64,000 nucleotides of DNA from Candidatus Latescibacterota bacterium (GCA_965198115.1 OZ240241.1:672001-736000), one strand, 5' to 3'. Counted from the first letter of the stretch, positions 1-9,725 are shown. Numbers and translations: made by a program. Notes: generated from the sequence alone by a model not told the origin.

Positions 1-1
1 C

Positions 2-661
2 GCCCTGGCCCTCGAGCTGGCCCTGGAGACCCACGACAAGACCGTTTTCGGCAACAAGACGCGAGAAAGCGCCGCCGGCCTGAAAACCATCCGCGCCGAG
101 CACGAAGGCTACTTCGATGCGGAAAAAGCCGACGAGGCGCTATTCTCGGCCATCGGCCTGTCCGGCGAGGTGATGACCGTGGCCGTCGAAGACGGCGACG
201 AAGGCGACGTTGCCTACACCTTCCCCGCCGCCGTGGCCCAGTACAACCCCGGCGGTTCCGTCGGTGATCTGCTGGCTTTCTCCGTGTCGGCAGAAGCTTC
301 CGGCGACGATGCGAACATCGTCCGCGGCACGGTCTTCCACAACGGAAGAAAAACGGCCTCCGACAGCGGAACGAGCCACGAGCTGGGCACCGTCGCCGCA
401 GGAGGGTCCCTCTTCGCAGCGCTCCACGTCGTGGAGATATCCGGTACGCAACAGCCGAAGCTTGACGTCGTCGTAGAATCCGGCGCCACAGCAACCATCA
501 GGGCGCCGGTGGCGCGCGCCACGTTCGAGAGCGCAGATAAACCCGGCAGCCAGTGGAAAAGGACACAAGGACCGATACCGCACCGCCACTACCGCGTCAC
601 GTGGAGGCTGAGGGGCACGACGCCCGCGGCCACCTTCGTCGTCGTCGCAGGCGTCGCCTGA
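2..661 (+). CDS. Tail tube-like protein with C-terminal extension (5' partial)
   Basis: Frame open from position 2; 'LELALETHDKTVFGNKTRESAAGLKT' resembles 'LEMGREGQDDTVMGHNTRTMESGLKT' of the next gene. Confidence 0.65.
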   Translation, partial: ALALELALETHDKTVFGNKTRESAAGLKTIRAEHEGYFDAEKADEALFSAIGLSGEVMTVAVEDGDEGDVAYTFPAAVAQYNPGGSVGDLLAFSVSAEASGDDANIVRGTVFHNGRKTASDSGTSHELGTVAAGGSLFAALHVVEISGTQQPKLDVVVESGATATIRAPVARATFESADKPGSQWKRTQGPIPHRHYRVTWRLRGTTPAATFVVVAGVA

Positions 662-698
662 ACCAGGCATCGCGTAAACCCTCAAAGGAGGAAAAACG

Positions 699-1103
699 AT
701 GATCTTGAAAAACGCCTTCGTCTCGGTCAACGGCGTCGACCTGTCCGACCACATCCAGGAAGTCAACCTGGAGATGGGCCGCGAGGGGCAGGACGACACC
801 GTCATGGGACACAACACCCGAACGATGGAGTCAGGCCTCAAGACCTGGTCGCTGTCGATGACGTTCAAGCAAAACTACGACGCCGCCAAGGTCGACGTCA
901 CGCTCTTTACCGTCTACGACGCCGGCGCCGCCGTCGCCGTCGCGGTGCGCCCCGACCAAGGCGTGAAAGCGGCCACCAACCCCGAATTCTCGGGACAGGC
1001 CATCCTCGAAAGCTATACGCCGCTGGGACAGGCCATCGGCGACTTTGCCACCGCCCCCTGCTCATTCACGGCCGCAGGCGACCTCACGCGCAGCACAGCG
1101 TAA
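699..1103 (+). CDS. Major tail (tube) protein
   Basis: 134 aa; AAGGAGG RBS; C-terminal 'TNPEFSGQAILESYTP...CSFTAAGDLTRS' typical of siphovirus tube proteins; precedes the chaperone gene. Confidence 0.8.
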   Translation: MILKNAFVSVNGVDLSDHIQEVNLEMGREGQDDTVMGHNTRTMESGLKTWSLSMTFKQNYDAAKVDVTLFTVYDAGAAVAVAVRPDQGVKAATNPEFSGQAILESYTPLGQAIGDFATAPCSFTAAGDLTRSTA

Positions 1104-1115
1104 AGGAGAAAAACG

Positions 1116-1523
1116 ATGGACGAAGAAGGGACCGGCAAGACACAGAACGGGAAGTCCGACGTAACCATCCTGGACGCGGCAGCGCTCCTTTCGAGGAGAC
1201 GCGAGCTCAGGCGCGTCGGCGTGCCCGAGCCCGCCGAATCCGGAAAGTCCGGCGCCGTCGTCTACGTGCGCGAGCTGAGTGTCGGGGAGCGCGACGCCTT
1301 CGAGAGCGACCTCTACGGCGAGGACGGCGACCGCGCCCACACCAGGTCCGCCCTCCTCGTCCGCGCCCTGTGCGATGAAAACGGCAACAGGCTGTTCACC
1401 GACGACCAGGTGCAGGAGCTGGCCGACAGCCTGCCCGGGTGCGTCGGCGTGCGCCTCTTCGATCAGGCGTGCGAGATCAACGGCGTCGGACAAAGCGAGG
1501 TCGAAGAACTCGAAAAAAACTGA
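1116..1523 (+). CDS. Tail assembly chaperone (gpG-like)
   Basis: Acidic 135 aa with 'VYVRELSVGERDAFE' and 'LCDENGNRLF', ending 'EELEKN*' on a slippery A AAA AAC. Confidence 0.85.
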   Translation: MDEEGTGKTQNGKSDVTILDAAALLSRRRELRRVGVPEPAESGKSGAVVYVRELSVGERDAFESDLYGEDGDRAHTRSALLVRALCDENGNRLFTDDQVQELADSLPGCVGVRLFDQACEINGVGQSEVEELEKN

Positions 1524-1720
1524 TACGCCGCCCGCAGCGGCGGCTGCTGTTCTCGCTGGCGAGGGACCTCGGAAAGACCGTAGAAGAGATCGAGACGACC
1601 ATGGGATCAAAAGAACTGGCCGAGTGGGCCGCTCTTTTACGAATCGAAGCCAGCGAGCGGGAAGAGGACAACCGCCGCCGCGCCATCGAAAACCGGGTCG
1701 CGACGAGGATGAGGCGATGA
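1514..1720 (+). CDS. gpGT-like extension reached by -1 frameshift
   Basis: Heptamer A AAA AAC (1514-1520); -1 frame reads 'LIRRPQRRLLFSLARDLGKTVEEIETTMGSKELAEW'. Confidence 0.8.
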   Translation, partial: KKLIRRPQRRLLFSLARDLGKTVEEIETTMGSKELAEWAALLRIEASEREEDNRRRAIENRVATRMRR

Positions 1721-2157
1721 TCACCATCAAGATGACGGGAATCCAGGACGCTAAGCGCGCCCTGCGCGCCCTCGGGCCCGCCATACAAAAGAACGTCATC
1801 ACCAAAGCCACGCGCACGGCTGCCACTGTTATCGCACAGGAGGTCAGGCGGACCGCGCCGCGAAACACGGGCAAGCTCAAACGCCTCATCCGGACGAGTA
1901 AAGCCTCACGAAGCGGGCCCCAGCGGAGGCTCAACATCGTCGTCCGGTCAGGCGACGTCGTCTACGTCGTTTACCCCGACGCCGACGCCTTCTACGCCCT
2001 GTTTCTCGAATACGGCACGTCAAAAACTCCGGCGCGCCCTTTCATGCGGCCGGCCTTCGACCAAAGCGTGGGTGAGGCTATCGCCCGCTTCCAGGAGCGC
2101 GTGATCGCAGGCGTCATCATCGAAGCCCAAAAGATCGCGAAACGAAAGGCAGCGTAG
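1717..2157 (+). CDS. HK97 gp10-like tail completion protein
   Basis: 'FYALFLEYGTSKTPARPFMRPAFD' signature; ATGA overlap with the upstream stop. Confidence 0.85.
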   Translation: MITIKMTGIQDAKRALRALGPAIQKNVITKATRTAATVIAQEVRRTAPRNTGKLKRLIRTSKASRSGPQRRLNIVVRSGDVVYVVYPDADAFYALFLEYGTSKTPARPFMRPAFDQSVGEAIARFQERVIAGVIIEAQKIAKRKAA

Positions 2158-4089
2158 ATGCCCACCGTAGCCGAAGTGAACATGGAGGTCGGCGCGAACC
2201 ACGCCCGCATAAAAAAAGACCTCGACAAAGCCGGTCAAACGATCGAGCTGTTCGGCAAAAAAAGTGACAGGGTCAGCCGAAGGGTCGGCAAACAGAACAA
2301 CGCCCTCAGGCACTCGTTCGGCAACCTCGGCCACCAGGTGCAGGATGTCGCCGTCCAGATGGAGGCGGGCACCAACGCCATGCGCGTCTTCACGCAGCAG
2401 GGCTCGCAGATAGCCTCGGCCTTCGGACCGTCGGGTGCCATCATCGGCGCCTTCCTGGCCGTGGGCGGGGCCCTGGCTGGGGCACTCATCCCGGCCCTCG
2501 TCGCAGGCAAGAAAAAGGCCGAGGCCCTCGAAAAAGCCAACAGGGCGCTGAGCGAGAGTTTTGAAATCTCCCACGGCAAGATCGTCGCCCTCTCCAACGA
2601 TCTGCGCGCCCTCGCCGTCGTCGACAAGGACCTGGCGAAGCTGAATTTCGCAGTCCTCATAGGACAAGGCGCCACGGCCGCCGAAGGGCAGGTCAAGGCG
2701 TTCAGGAAGACCCTGGACACCGAGATCAGCGGCATCTCCACAGAAATCGGAGAGCTTCACCGCCTCGAGTCCACCGAGAGGAGAACGGGACGCGGCGCGG
2801 TTATGGCAGCCAACCGCCGGAGGGCGGCCGAGAGGAGCATCGCCGCCATCGCCGAAAAATACGGGCTGGCCAGAGAGGCAGCGGAGAGGTTCGTCAAGGC
2901 GGCCGGAGCCTTTCAGACGGACAAGAGCGTCGAGAGCGCCGAGGCGCTGCGAAAGACCCTCGTGGAAATCGGCACAGCGGGGAACAAGGACTTGGACGAC
3001 CTCGCCCTGAAGCTCGAAGGGTCGATCGCGGGGTTCCTGTTAAGCCACGACCAGGTGAAAGGCCTCAAGACCGACCTCGCCGGCATCGACAGCCTGATGA
3101 CTGACCAGACCAAGGCCGTGATCGAGGCATTAGAAGAGGAGATGGCCACACGGAGGATGGCGGGCGAGGCGCTGGCCGTCCACACCGCCCTTAAGAAACT
3201 CGATGCTGGTGCCTCGGAGAAGCAGAAGACAAAGGTCGAGGATCTGGCCAGAGCCAACTTCAAAGCAGCGGAGGTGGCGAAGAAAAAGGCAGAAGCCGAA
3301 AAAGAGGCCCAGAAACAAGCGCAGCAAGCCGCGCGCGAACAACAGCAACGGCTCAAGGCCGAGGAACGCAGACACCAGCAGTTCGTCACAGCCCTGGAGA
3401 AGAGCGCCGAGCAGATGTTCGCGGCCACACGCACGCCGGTCGAGGCCTACCGCCTCGAGCTCGAGCGTCTCGCCGCGCTCGAGCAGCAGTTCAAAGACAA
3501 CAAGATCGCGTTCGACGCCGACACTTTTGCCCGCGCTCAGGGGCAGGCCCGCGGCCGGCTGGCCGAACAGCTGGAGGGGGCCAAGGACAAGATCGTGGAC
3601 TTCCGCTCCGCGTTCGAGCAGGCGTTCGACTTCTCCCAGCCCCTGGATGAGCTTGCGCTTGGCTTCGGGAGGACGATCGCGCGCATGCTCCAGCAGGCTG
3701 TGGCCGCCGACTTCGCCAACGCCCTCTTCGGGGGAAGCGGAATTTTTGGCGCGTCCAGAAAGACGGCGGGCGCCATTGAGCCCCTCACGAGCATCGCTCG
3801 CATTCCGAAGTTCGCCGCCGGAGGCCCCGTGGCGGCGAACCGGCCCCATCTTGTCGGCGAGCTCGGGAAAGAGCTGTTCGTCCCACACAGCTCAGGGACG
3901 ATCGTTCCCAACCGCCTCCTTGCCGACCGCGGCCCTTCTTCTCCCGTGACGGTCACGCTTGTCCAGAACGTCGAAGCCGGCGTCAACGAGGCCGCCGTGC
4001 ACGAGGCGCTGGCCGCCTCTTTGCCCGCTTTCCGGTCCACCCTGATCAACGACACCATCCGGGCCCTCGAGCGGCGGCGGAGAACGTAA
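2158..4089 (+). CDS. Tail tape measure protein
   Basis: 643 aa, Ala-rich and helical; lambda-type N-terminal 'LGHQVQDVAVQMEAGTNAMRVFTQQGSQI'; C-terminal 'FAAGGPVAANRPHLVGELGKELFVP'. Confidence 0.92.
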   Translation: MPTVAEVNMEVGANHARIKKDLDKAGQTIELFGKKSDRVSRRVGKQNNALRHSFGNLGHQVQDVAVQMEAGTNAMRVFTQQGSQIASAFGPSGAIIGAFLAVGGALAGALIPALVAGKKKAEALEKANRALSESFEISHGKIVALSNDLRALAVVDKDLAKLNFAVLIGQGATAAEGQVKAFRKTLDTEISGISTEIGELHRLESTERRTGRGAVMAANRRRAAERSIAAIAEKYGLAREAAERFVKAAGAFQTDKSVESAEALRKTLVEIGTAGNKDLDDLALKLEGSIAGFLLSHDQVKGLKTDLAGIDSLMTDQTKAVIEALEEEMATRRMAGEALAVHTALKKLDAGASEKQKTKVEDLARANFKAAEVAKKKAEAEKEAQKQAQQAAREQQQRLKAEERRHQQFVTALEKSAEQMFAATRTPVEAYRLELERLAALEQQFKDNKIAFDADTFARAQGQARGRLAEQLEGAKDKIVDFRSAFEQAFDFSQPLDELALGFGRTIARMLQQAVAADFANALFGGSGIFGASRKTAGAIEPLTSIARIPKFAAGGPVAANRPHLVGELGKELFVPHSSGTIVPNRLLADRGPSSPVTVTLVQNVEAGVNEAAVHEALAASLPAFRSTLINDTIRALERRRRT

Positions 4090-4092
4090 GAT

Positions 4093-4662
4093 TTGGCCGC
4101 CATTCCGTTTCCTCAGATCTCATACACCCGGTTCTCCCTGGGCCTGGACCCCGAGGGCGACGTCGCGCTAAGAACGCTTTCCGGGCGCGTCACGACCCTC
4201 AACCGGTCCCCGGGCGTGTGGCGCGGCACCTTCTCCCTTCCGCCCACCGGCGACGCGGCTGTCGCCGACGACGTCGAGGCGTGGCTGGCTGCTATGGCCG
4301 ACGGAAGAAACACGTCGGAAATACCGTTCGAGCGGGAAACGCTCGCCGCCGACCCGAACGTGACGATCGCCTCGGGACCCGCGCTCGTCGCCGGCAGGCT
4401 GCGCTACACCCTCTCAGGCGCCCTCACCGCCGGTGCGACCGGTCTCTACCTCCGCGTGGAAAGGCTGTTTTTGGTCGAATCCGTCACCGGCGTCAACATC
4501 GTCCTGGTTCCTCAGGTCCAGGGCATTGCCGCCGGCACGGCCGTGCGCCGCGCCTCCACCCTCCGCGTGGTTCGCGATCCCCAGACATCGTTTTCTCCCT
4601 CGCCGGCGAGCCCCGACTTCTTCGGGCCGTGGACCTTCGCCTGGATCGAGGCGCTTCTGTGA
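4093..4662 (+). CDS. Distal tail-like protein
   Basis: Position immediately after the tape measure gene; 189 aa; TTG start. Confidence 0.6.
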   Translation: MAAIPFPQISYTRFSLGLDPEGDVALRTLSGRVTTLNRSPGVWRGTFSLPPTGDAAVADDVEAWLAAMADGRNTSEIPFERETLAADPNVTIASGPALVAGRLRYTLSGALTAGATGLYLRVERLFLVESVTGVNIVLVPQVQGIAAGTAVRRASTLRVVRDPQTSFSPSPASPDFFGPWTFAWIEALL

Positions 4663-5159
4663 GCCAGCCACGCTGGACCCTCGATTTCGGGCTGCCCGAC
4701 GCGGCCGAAACATACCGGTTCTGGTCCGGCGACCACGACATCCTCTTCGAAGGACAGACCTATCGCGGCGCAGGACAGCTGATGGCCGTCTCGTCCGCCG
4801 AAATCGGGCCGGACGGTCAACCCGAAATCACCGTCTCGATCGCCGCTGGCGACGCCACACTCCGCGAAGCCCTGATAGAGGAGACGAGACCCGTCCCCGT
4901 CATTGTCAGGTGGATCTACAGCAGCGACAATGGGCTCACCTGGAACGACACGGGCCTCATCGTGTCAGGCTTCCTCTCCTCGCCCCTCCTTTCCGACGGC
5001 GTCTACACTGCGACGATCGCCACCTACTCCGGAGACGTGTCGCGACGCACGCCGCGCCGCTGGTCCCCAGAAGACCAGCGCGCCCGCAACGCTCAGGACG
5101 AGGGCATGGACGACATGCGACGCCTCGGCCGGGGCATTGAGATCGGCTGGCCGCCGTAA
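4659..5159 (+). CDS. Minor tail tip protein
   Basis: GTGA-coupled start; 'RFWSGDHDILFEGQTYRGAGQLMAVS...RRWSPEDQRARNAQDEGMD...IGWPP'. Confidence 0.7.
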   Translation: MSQPRWTLDFGLPDAAETYRFWSGDHDILFEGQTYRGAGQLMAVSSAEIGPDGQPEITVSIAAGDATLREALIEETRPVPVIVRWIYSSDNGLTWNDTGLIVSGFLSSPLLSDGVYTATIATYSGDVSRRTPRRWSPEDQRARNAQDEGMDDMRRLGRGIEIGWPP

Positions 5160-5174
5160 AAAGAGAGAGATAGA

Positions 5175-8100
5175 ATGGCACTGGGGTTTGTGAAAAAGCT
5201 GGGACTGGCCCTGGGCGTGGGCGCCGTCACCGTCTTCACGGGGGGACTAGGGGGCTTGGCGCTCAGTCAGGCCCTCAAAGCCGGAGCGATCAACGCGGGG
5301 CTGACCCTCCTGGACCGCCTGGTGCGGCGCGGTCCCAAGCCTCCCGAGCCTACGCAGCGCGGCGTCAACGCCGTGGCTGCCGCGCCGGCGCGCTACGCCC
5401 TCGGCACCTCACGCACAGAAGGCGTCCTCACCTATCTTCGAGAAAACGGCGCCGACCTCCACCTGGTCTACGCCATCTCCGAGGGCGCGTGCGCAGGCCT
5501 CGCCGGAGAGAAAAAGCCCGACGGGACGACCGAAGACGTCCACATCTACGTCGACGGCAACCAGATACGAATCAAGCCTGTCGTCGGCTCTCCCAACAAG
5601 TACGAGCCCTTCCACGCCACCAACCGGGGCACGATAGAGCTGTGGGCCTACACCGCAGCTGACGGCACGGAGGGCGCCGACCTCTTCTCCGCGATTCCCG
5701 GTCCCAACCCTCCCTCCGCGCCTTGGCTCGATGGCCTCTCGTGGGTCTACGTCAAGCTCACCCAGCCCAAGCGACGCCACTACACCGCCGTCCCGAGGAT
5801 CGAGTTCGAGTGGCGCGGGATGATCGTCAAGGCACCCCGCCACCGCCCGCTGCTTGAACGACAAATCACCGGCACGGCCTGGTCGAACGCGGAGGCGAAC
5901 CTTGCGTCACCCTCGGCCACGCCTGAGTCCCGGGCTTTCGGGATCAAGGTCCGCCTCCACAACGACGCCGACCCATCGTTGTTCGACGAAACGCGCATCT
6001 GGGACGGCGACGCCTGGGTTCGGCTCGACTCCGACACCGGCGACCTCCCCGAAGGAGAATGGACGTCCTCGGCGGCAGCTGCGCGCTACTTTTTCCTGAC
6101 CAGGCTGCGCGGCGTACCCCACACCGCCATAGACCGAAACTCAGTGGTCGAAGCCGACCGCATCTGTTCAGAACGCAGCTACGCCGTCAACGGCGTCATC
6201 GCCGACGACGAGGACGTGAACGAAATCGAAGACTTGTTCGACTTCGCCTGGCAGGGACAGGTCATAGACGCAGGAGGTGTCCTCCTCTTCCGCCCGGGAG
6301 CGGACAGGGACCCCGTTCTCACCCTCGACGTGGACGACGAAGCCGTGTCCATAGACGCCGTAAAACCCGCGCCTTCCCTCTCCGAGCGCGTCAACGAGCT
6401 CACCCTAACCCTAGACCAGTCCGACGCCCATCAGTTCAGGCCGATGGCCATGCCCCCCGTGGTCGACAGGGAGACGCAAGGCCGGGACGGACGGCGCCTG
6501 GCCAAAGATCTTGGAAACATCAGGTTCGTGACACACGCCCCCACAGCAAACCGTCTGATGGCCATCGCCCTGAAAAGGGCGCGCGCAAACACCCGCTTCG
6601 CCTACACCCTGCCTCCAGGAGATGACTACCGCTGGCTCACCGTCAGGCCCACGGACCGCATGCGCATCAACGACAGCGAAAACGGACTGTCCGCCTTCCT
6701 TGCCGAGGTCCTCACCCTCACCGTCAACGAAGACTGGTCCGTCAGCATCGAACTACAAGCCGCACCCGACGGTATCTACGACGACGACGCGACGTTCCCG
6801 CCCCTCATACCCCTGGATATCGACATCGCTGACCCTACCGACGTCGCGATCCCCACAGGCGTCACGGCCGCGGCTTTAATCGAGAAGATCGCCGACGGAA
6901 CATTCATTGCAGGATTCACCATCGGGTGGGGCGACACGACCACCACGAGCACCGACCTCCGCTATCGTAAGGTCGGAGACACACAGTGGATTTTTCTAAA
7001 CAGCCCCGCGTCCCCCATTCGCGTGGCACCCCTGCCCGCAGGCGACTATGAATTCCAACTGCGCCACGTTTCCAGGCAAAACATCCCCTCGATCTGGACC
7101 GACGCCGCCACAGTCACCGTAGCAGGAGACCAGATACCGCCGGCGAACCCCCTGAACTTCGCCGTCTCCGCGATCGCAGGGGGATACCAGGCCACCTGGA
7201 CAGCATCCCCCGACACCGACTACCACCATACCGAAGTCTACGACACCCGCACGCGAACGGCGTTCGCCGACGCCACACTACGCGCCACCATCGACGGCTC
7301 GTCCTACTCCCGCCACGGCCTCACCACTGACACCCTTGACGTCTGGATCAGACACATCGACACCTGGGGAAACGCCTCGGGAGAAGCCTCGGCCACCGTC
7401 ACACCCAGCGCGCAAGGACAGGGAAGGCCCGGCCTCGACGGAACGCCCGGCCTCTCCGTCGCCGAGCTCATAATATTCCGCAAAGCCACGCTCCAGGAAG
7501 GTATAGCCTCGCTCACAGGAACAACGCCGGTGGCAACACCCACGGCCACGAACTACGATTTCGCCACGGGCACTTTTACCGGCCTCACGACCGAGTGGTC
7601 GCTACAGTGGCCCGCGAATTACGACCAGCGACTGGGGTTTGTCTTTGCCTCTACAGTCACCGCCACGGCACCGGCCGGAGGAGCCGACACGTCATTGACT
7701 TTTGGGGGACCGCGCCTCGTCAGCAGTGCCCTGAATATCGATGTCATCTACACACGGGCGGCCACGCCACCCTCAAAACCGGCCAACCAGCCCGCCGACA
7801 GGAACCCGGCAGACTACCCCGCACCCGACACCGGATGGTCCACGAACCCGCCCACGGGCGACGACCCCCTCTACTCGTGTGTCCGTATTATCCGGGGGAC
7901 TCAGTGGGTCCATGGCACACCTATTCCGGTGGGCGAGGACGGCAGGTCGGCGCAGGAGTATTTCAGAGCCACCCTCCTGAACAGCCCACCGTCCACGCCG
8001 ACAGGATGGAATGCTCAAGATGGTGCACCAACGGACTGGACCACCGCGGCGGGGATACCTAGGATTCGCCCGGCGATCCCAATGCCTGGGAATCCGCTGG

Positions 8101-9131
8101 TGCTTTGGCGGATTTCGAGAACGTGGAACGAAGGCACAGATCAATGGAATGACTTCACCCCACCGGTGCTTTTTGACGGCGTCCCAGGCGCTGATGGGGC
8201 TCCGGGCGCAGACTCCACAGTTCCAGGCCCTATCGGCCCACAGGGCGCAGACTCCACAGTTCCAGGCCCTATGGGCAGGTCGGCGCAGGAGTATTTCCGA
8301 ATCACTCGCCTGAACGACCCACCGCCAAAGCCGACAGGACGGAATGCTCAAGATGGTTCACCACCGGACTGGACCACCGCGGCGGGGCTACCTCTCATTC
8401 GCCCGGTCCCGATTCCCGGGAATCCGCTGGTGCTTTGGCGGATTTCGAGAACGTGGAACGAAGGCACAGATCAATGGAATGACTTCACCCCACCGGTGCT
8501 TTTTGACGGCGTCCCAGGCGCTGATGGTGAGGGTGTGCCCGGAGGCGGCACGCTGGGGCAGGTGTTGACGAAGATCGCCGCGGGCGACTTCCAGACCGGC
8601 TGGCAGGATACCTCGGGCGTCAGCACTCAGGGTCCCACAGGTGCTCAGGGTGCTCAGGGTCCTCAAGGCGGGCAGGGAGCTGATTCTACCGTCCCCGGAC
8701 CTCAGGGCCCCCGAGGTGCTCGGGGGGCGAAAGGAGATCAGGGTAATCCGGGAGCTCGGGGTGCGAAAGGAGATCAGGGTAATCCGGGAGCTCGGGGTGG
8801 AAAAGGAGATCAGGGTAATCCAGGTGCTCAGGGAGCGAAAGGAGATCAGGGTAATCCGGGAGCTCAGGGGGCAAAAGGAGATCAGGGTAATCCGGGAGCT
8901 CAGGGGGCAAAAGGAGATCAGGGTAATCCGGGAGCTCGGGGCACTCAAGGTCAGCGGGGCTTTCGGGGCATAACGGGTGCTGCGGGTGCTGCGGGTGCTC
9001 GGGGTGCGCAGGGTGCTCAAGGGGCTCAGGGACCCAGCCATAGCCATGGTACCATTCTTAGCCGTCTCTCCAGTCTCGAAAACGAAGTGGACGATCACGA
9101 CGAGCGTATTAATGACTTGGAATCTGCCTAA
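5175..9131 (+). CDS. Tail tip/host-specificity (J-like) fibre with FN3-like domains, a duplicated domain, collagen stalk and C-terminal coiled coil
   Basis: 1318 aa; hub-like N-terminus; FN3-like 'PAGDYEFQLRHVS' and 'PANPLNFAVSA'; Gly-X-Y runs; terminal heptads 'LSSLENEVDDHDERINDLE'. Confidence 0.88.
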   Translation: MALGFVKKLGLALGVGAVTVFTGGLGGLALSQALKAGAINAGLTLLDRLVRRGPKPPEPTQRGVNAVAAAPARYALGTSRTEGVLTYLRENGADLHLVYAISEGACAGLAGEKKPDGTTEDVHIYVDGNQIRIKPVVGSPNKYEPFHATNRGTIELWAYTAADGTEGADLFSAIPGPNPPSAPWLDGLSWVYVKLTQPKRRHYTAVPRIEFEWRGMIVKAPRHRPLLERQITGTAWSNAEANLASPSATPESRAFGIKVRLHNDADPSLFDETRIWDGDAWVRLDSDTGDLPEGEWTSSAAAARYFFLTRLRGVPHTAIDRNSVVEADRICSERSYAVNGVIADDEDVNEIEDLFDFAWQGQVIDAGGVLLFRPGADRDPVLTLDVDDEAVSIDAVKPAPSLSERVNELTLTLDQSDAHQFRPMAMPPVVDRETQGRDGRRLAKDLGNIRFVTHAPTANRLMAIALKRARANTRFAYTLPPGDDYRWLTVRPTDRMRINDSENGLSAFLAEVLTLTVNEDWSVSIELQAAPDGIYDDDATFPPLIPLDIDIADPTDVAIPTGVTAAALIEKIADGTFIAGFTIGWGDTTTTSTDLRYRKVGDTQWIFLNSPASPIRVAPLPAGDYEFQLRHVSRQNIPSIWTDAATVTVAGDQIPPANPLNFAVSAIAGGYQATWTASPDTDYHHTEVYDTRTRTAFADATLRATIDGSSYSRHGLTTDTLDVWIRHIDTWGNASGEASATVTPSAQGQGRPGLDGTPGLSVAELIIFRKATLQEGIASLTGTTPVATPTATNYDFATGTFTGLTTEWSLQWPANYDQRLGFVFASTVTATAPAGGADTSLTFGGPRLVSSALNIDVIYTRAATPPSKPANQPADRNPADYPAPDTGWSTNPPTGDDPLYSCVRIIRGTQWVHGTPIPVGEDGRSAQEYFRATLLNSPPSTPTGWNAQDGAPTDWTTAAGIPRIRPAIPMPGNPLVLWRISRTWNEGTDQWNDFTPPVLFDGVPGADGAPGADSTVPGPIGPQGADSTVPGPMGRSAQEYFRITRLNDPPPKPTGRNAQDGSPPDWTTAAGLPLIRPVPIPGNPLVLWRISRTWNEGTDQWNDFTPPVLFDGVPGADGEGVPGGGTLGQVLTKIAAGDFQTGWQDTSGVSTQGPTGAQGAQGPQGGQGADSTVPGPQGPRGARGAKGDQGNPGARGAKGDQGNPGARGGKGDQGNPGAQGAKGDQGNPGAQGAKGDQGNPGAQGAKGDQGNPGARGTQGQRGFRGITGAAGAAGARGAQGAQGAQGPSHSHGTILSRLSSLENEVDDHDERINDLESA
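7941..8527 (+). repeat. Direct repeat of an ~85-aa domain (7941-8197 and 8274-8527)
   Basis: 257 and 254 bp copies; last 110 bp identical, 5' parts divergent. Confidence 0.95.
8715..8930 (+). repeat. Six tandem 36-bp collagen units (GA[R/Q]-G[A/G]K-GDQ-GNP)
   Basis: Read directly; part of an uninterrupted 38-triplet Gly-X-Y run at 8697-9038. Confidence 0.97.
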
Positions 9132-9725
9132 GTGATTGACGAAATTCGCATAATCGACCGTGTATATTTGGATCCCGATAGCGTCAGGGAATACGCCCTG
9201 GCACAGCCCTTCGAGAGCCAGGGCAATTTTCCCGGATACCGCACGGCACCGGCATCTGCCGCCGATCGGGAATTGCTAAAGACCACGCTTGAAGCCTGGC
9301 TCACCCAAACCATCACCCACTGGCCTCAGAAGGAGAACACCTGCTACCAGCTATGCCTGGAAGGCGATCAGACGTGGGTGCACCACGACAAGACCGAGTG
9401 GGCGGGCGTCCTGTTTCTGACGCCGGACGACGTCGCCCGAAGAGCCGAAGAGGAGCACGGTCAGCGCCACGGCATCGGATTCTACCGAAAACGCGGCACG
9501 GAGAATTCAGCAGCGTCCGACTGGATATACGACGGCGAAGGGACAGTAGACTGGAACCAAGACAGCGCCCCAGAGGACTGGGAGACCATCGTCGAGGTCA
9601 GCGGACTCTACAACCGCCTCGTTGCCTTCCGCGCTGGCTACTACCATCGGTCTCTTCTCCCCGGATTCGGAGACGCTCCGGAAACCGGACGCCTTACGCA
9701 GGTGTTTTTTTGGAACGTCTCGTGA
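9132..9725 (+). CDS. 2OG-Fe(II) oxygenase (DUF6445/prolyl-hydroxylase-like)
   Basis: HxD (WVHHD), distal His (YYHRS), Arg strand 'GRLTQVFF', 'YNRLVAF'; GTG start directly after the fibre stop. Confidence 0.82.
   Translation: MIDEIRIIDRVYLDPDSVREYALAQPFESQGNFPGYRTAPASAADRELLKTTLEAWLTQTITHWPQKENTCYQLCLEGDQTWVHHDKTEWAGVLFLTPDDVARRAEEEHGQRHGIGFYRKRGTENSAASDWIYDGEGTVDWNQDSAPEDWETIVEVSGLYNRLVAFRAGYYHRSLLPGFGDAPETGRLTQVFFWNVS

Noticed and set aside
7941-8527. Diversity-generating retroelement TR/VR pair in the tail fibre
   Set aside because: Differences are not confined to adenines of one copy, both copies are in-frame parts of the same CDS, and no reverse transcriptase is present in the window.
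8715-8930. CRISPR array (36-bp periodicity)
   Set aside because: Units are contiguous with no unique spacers and encode Gly-X-Y collagen; no cas genes.
9353-9721. N-terminal extension of the 473-aa ORF as part of the glycosyltransferase
   Set aside because: It is an Arg-rich shadow frame overlapping the oxygenase; the GT fold begins at the GTG at 9722.
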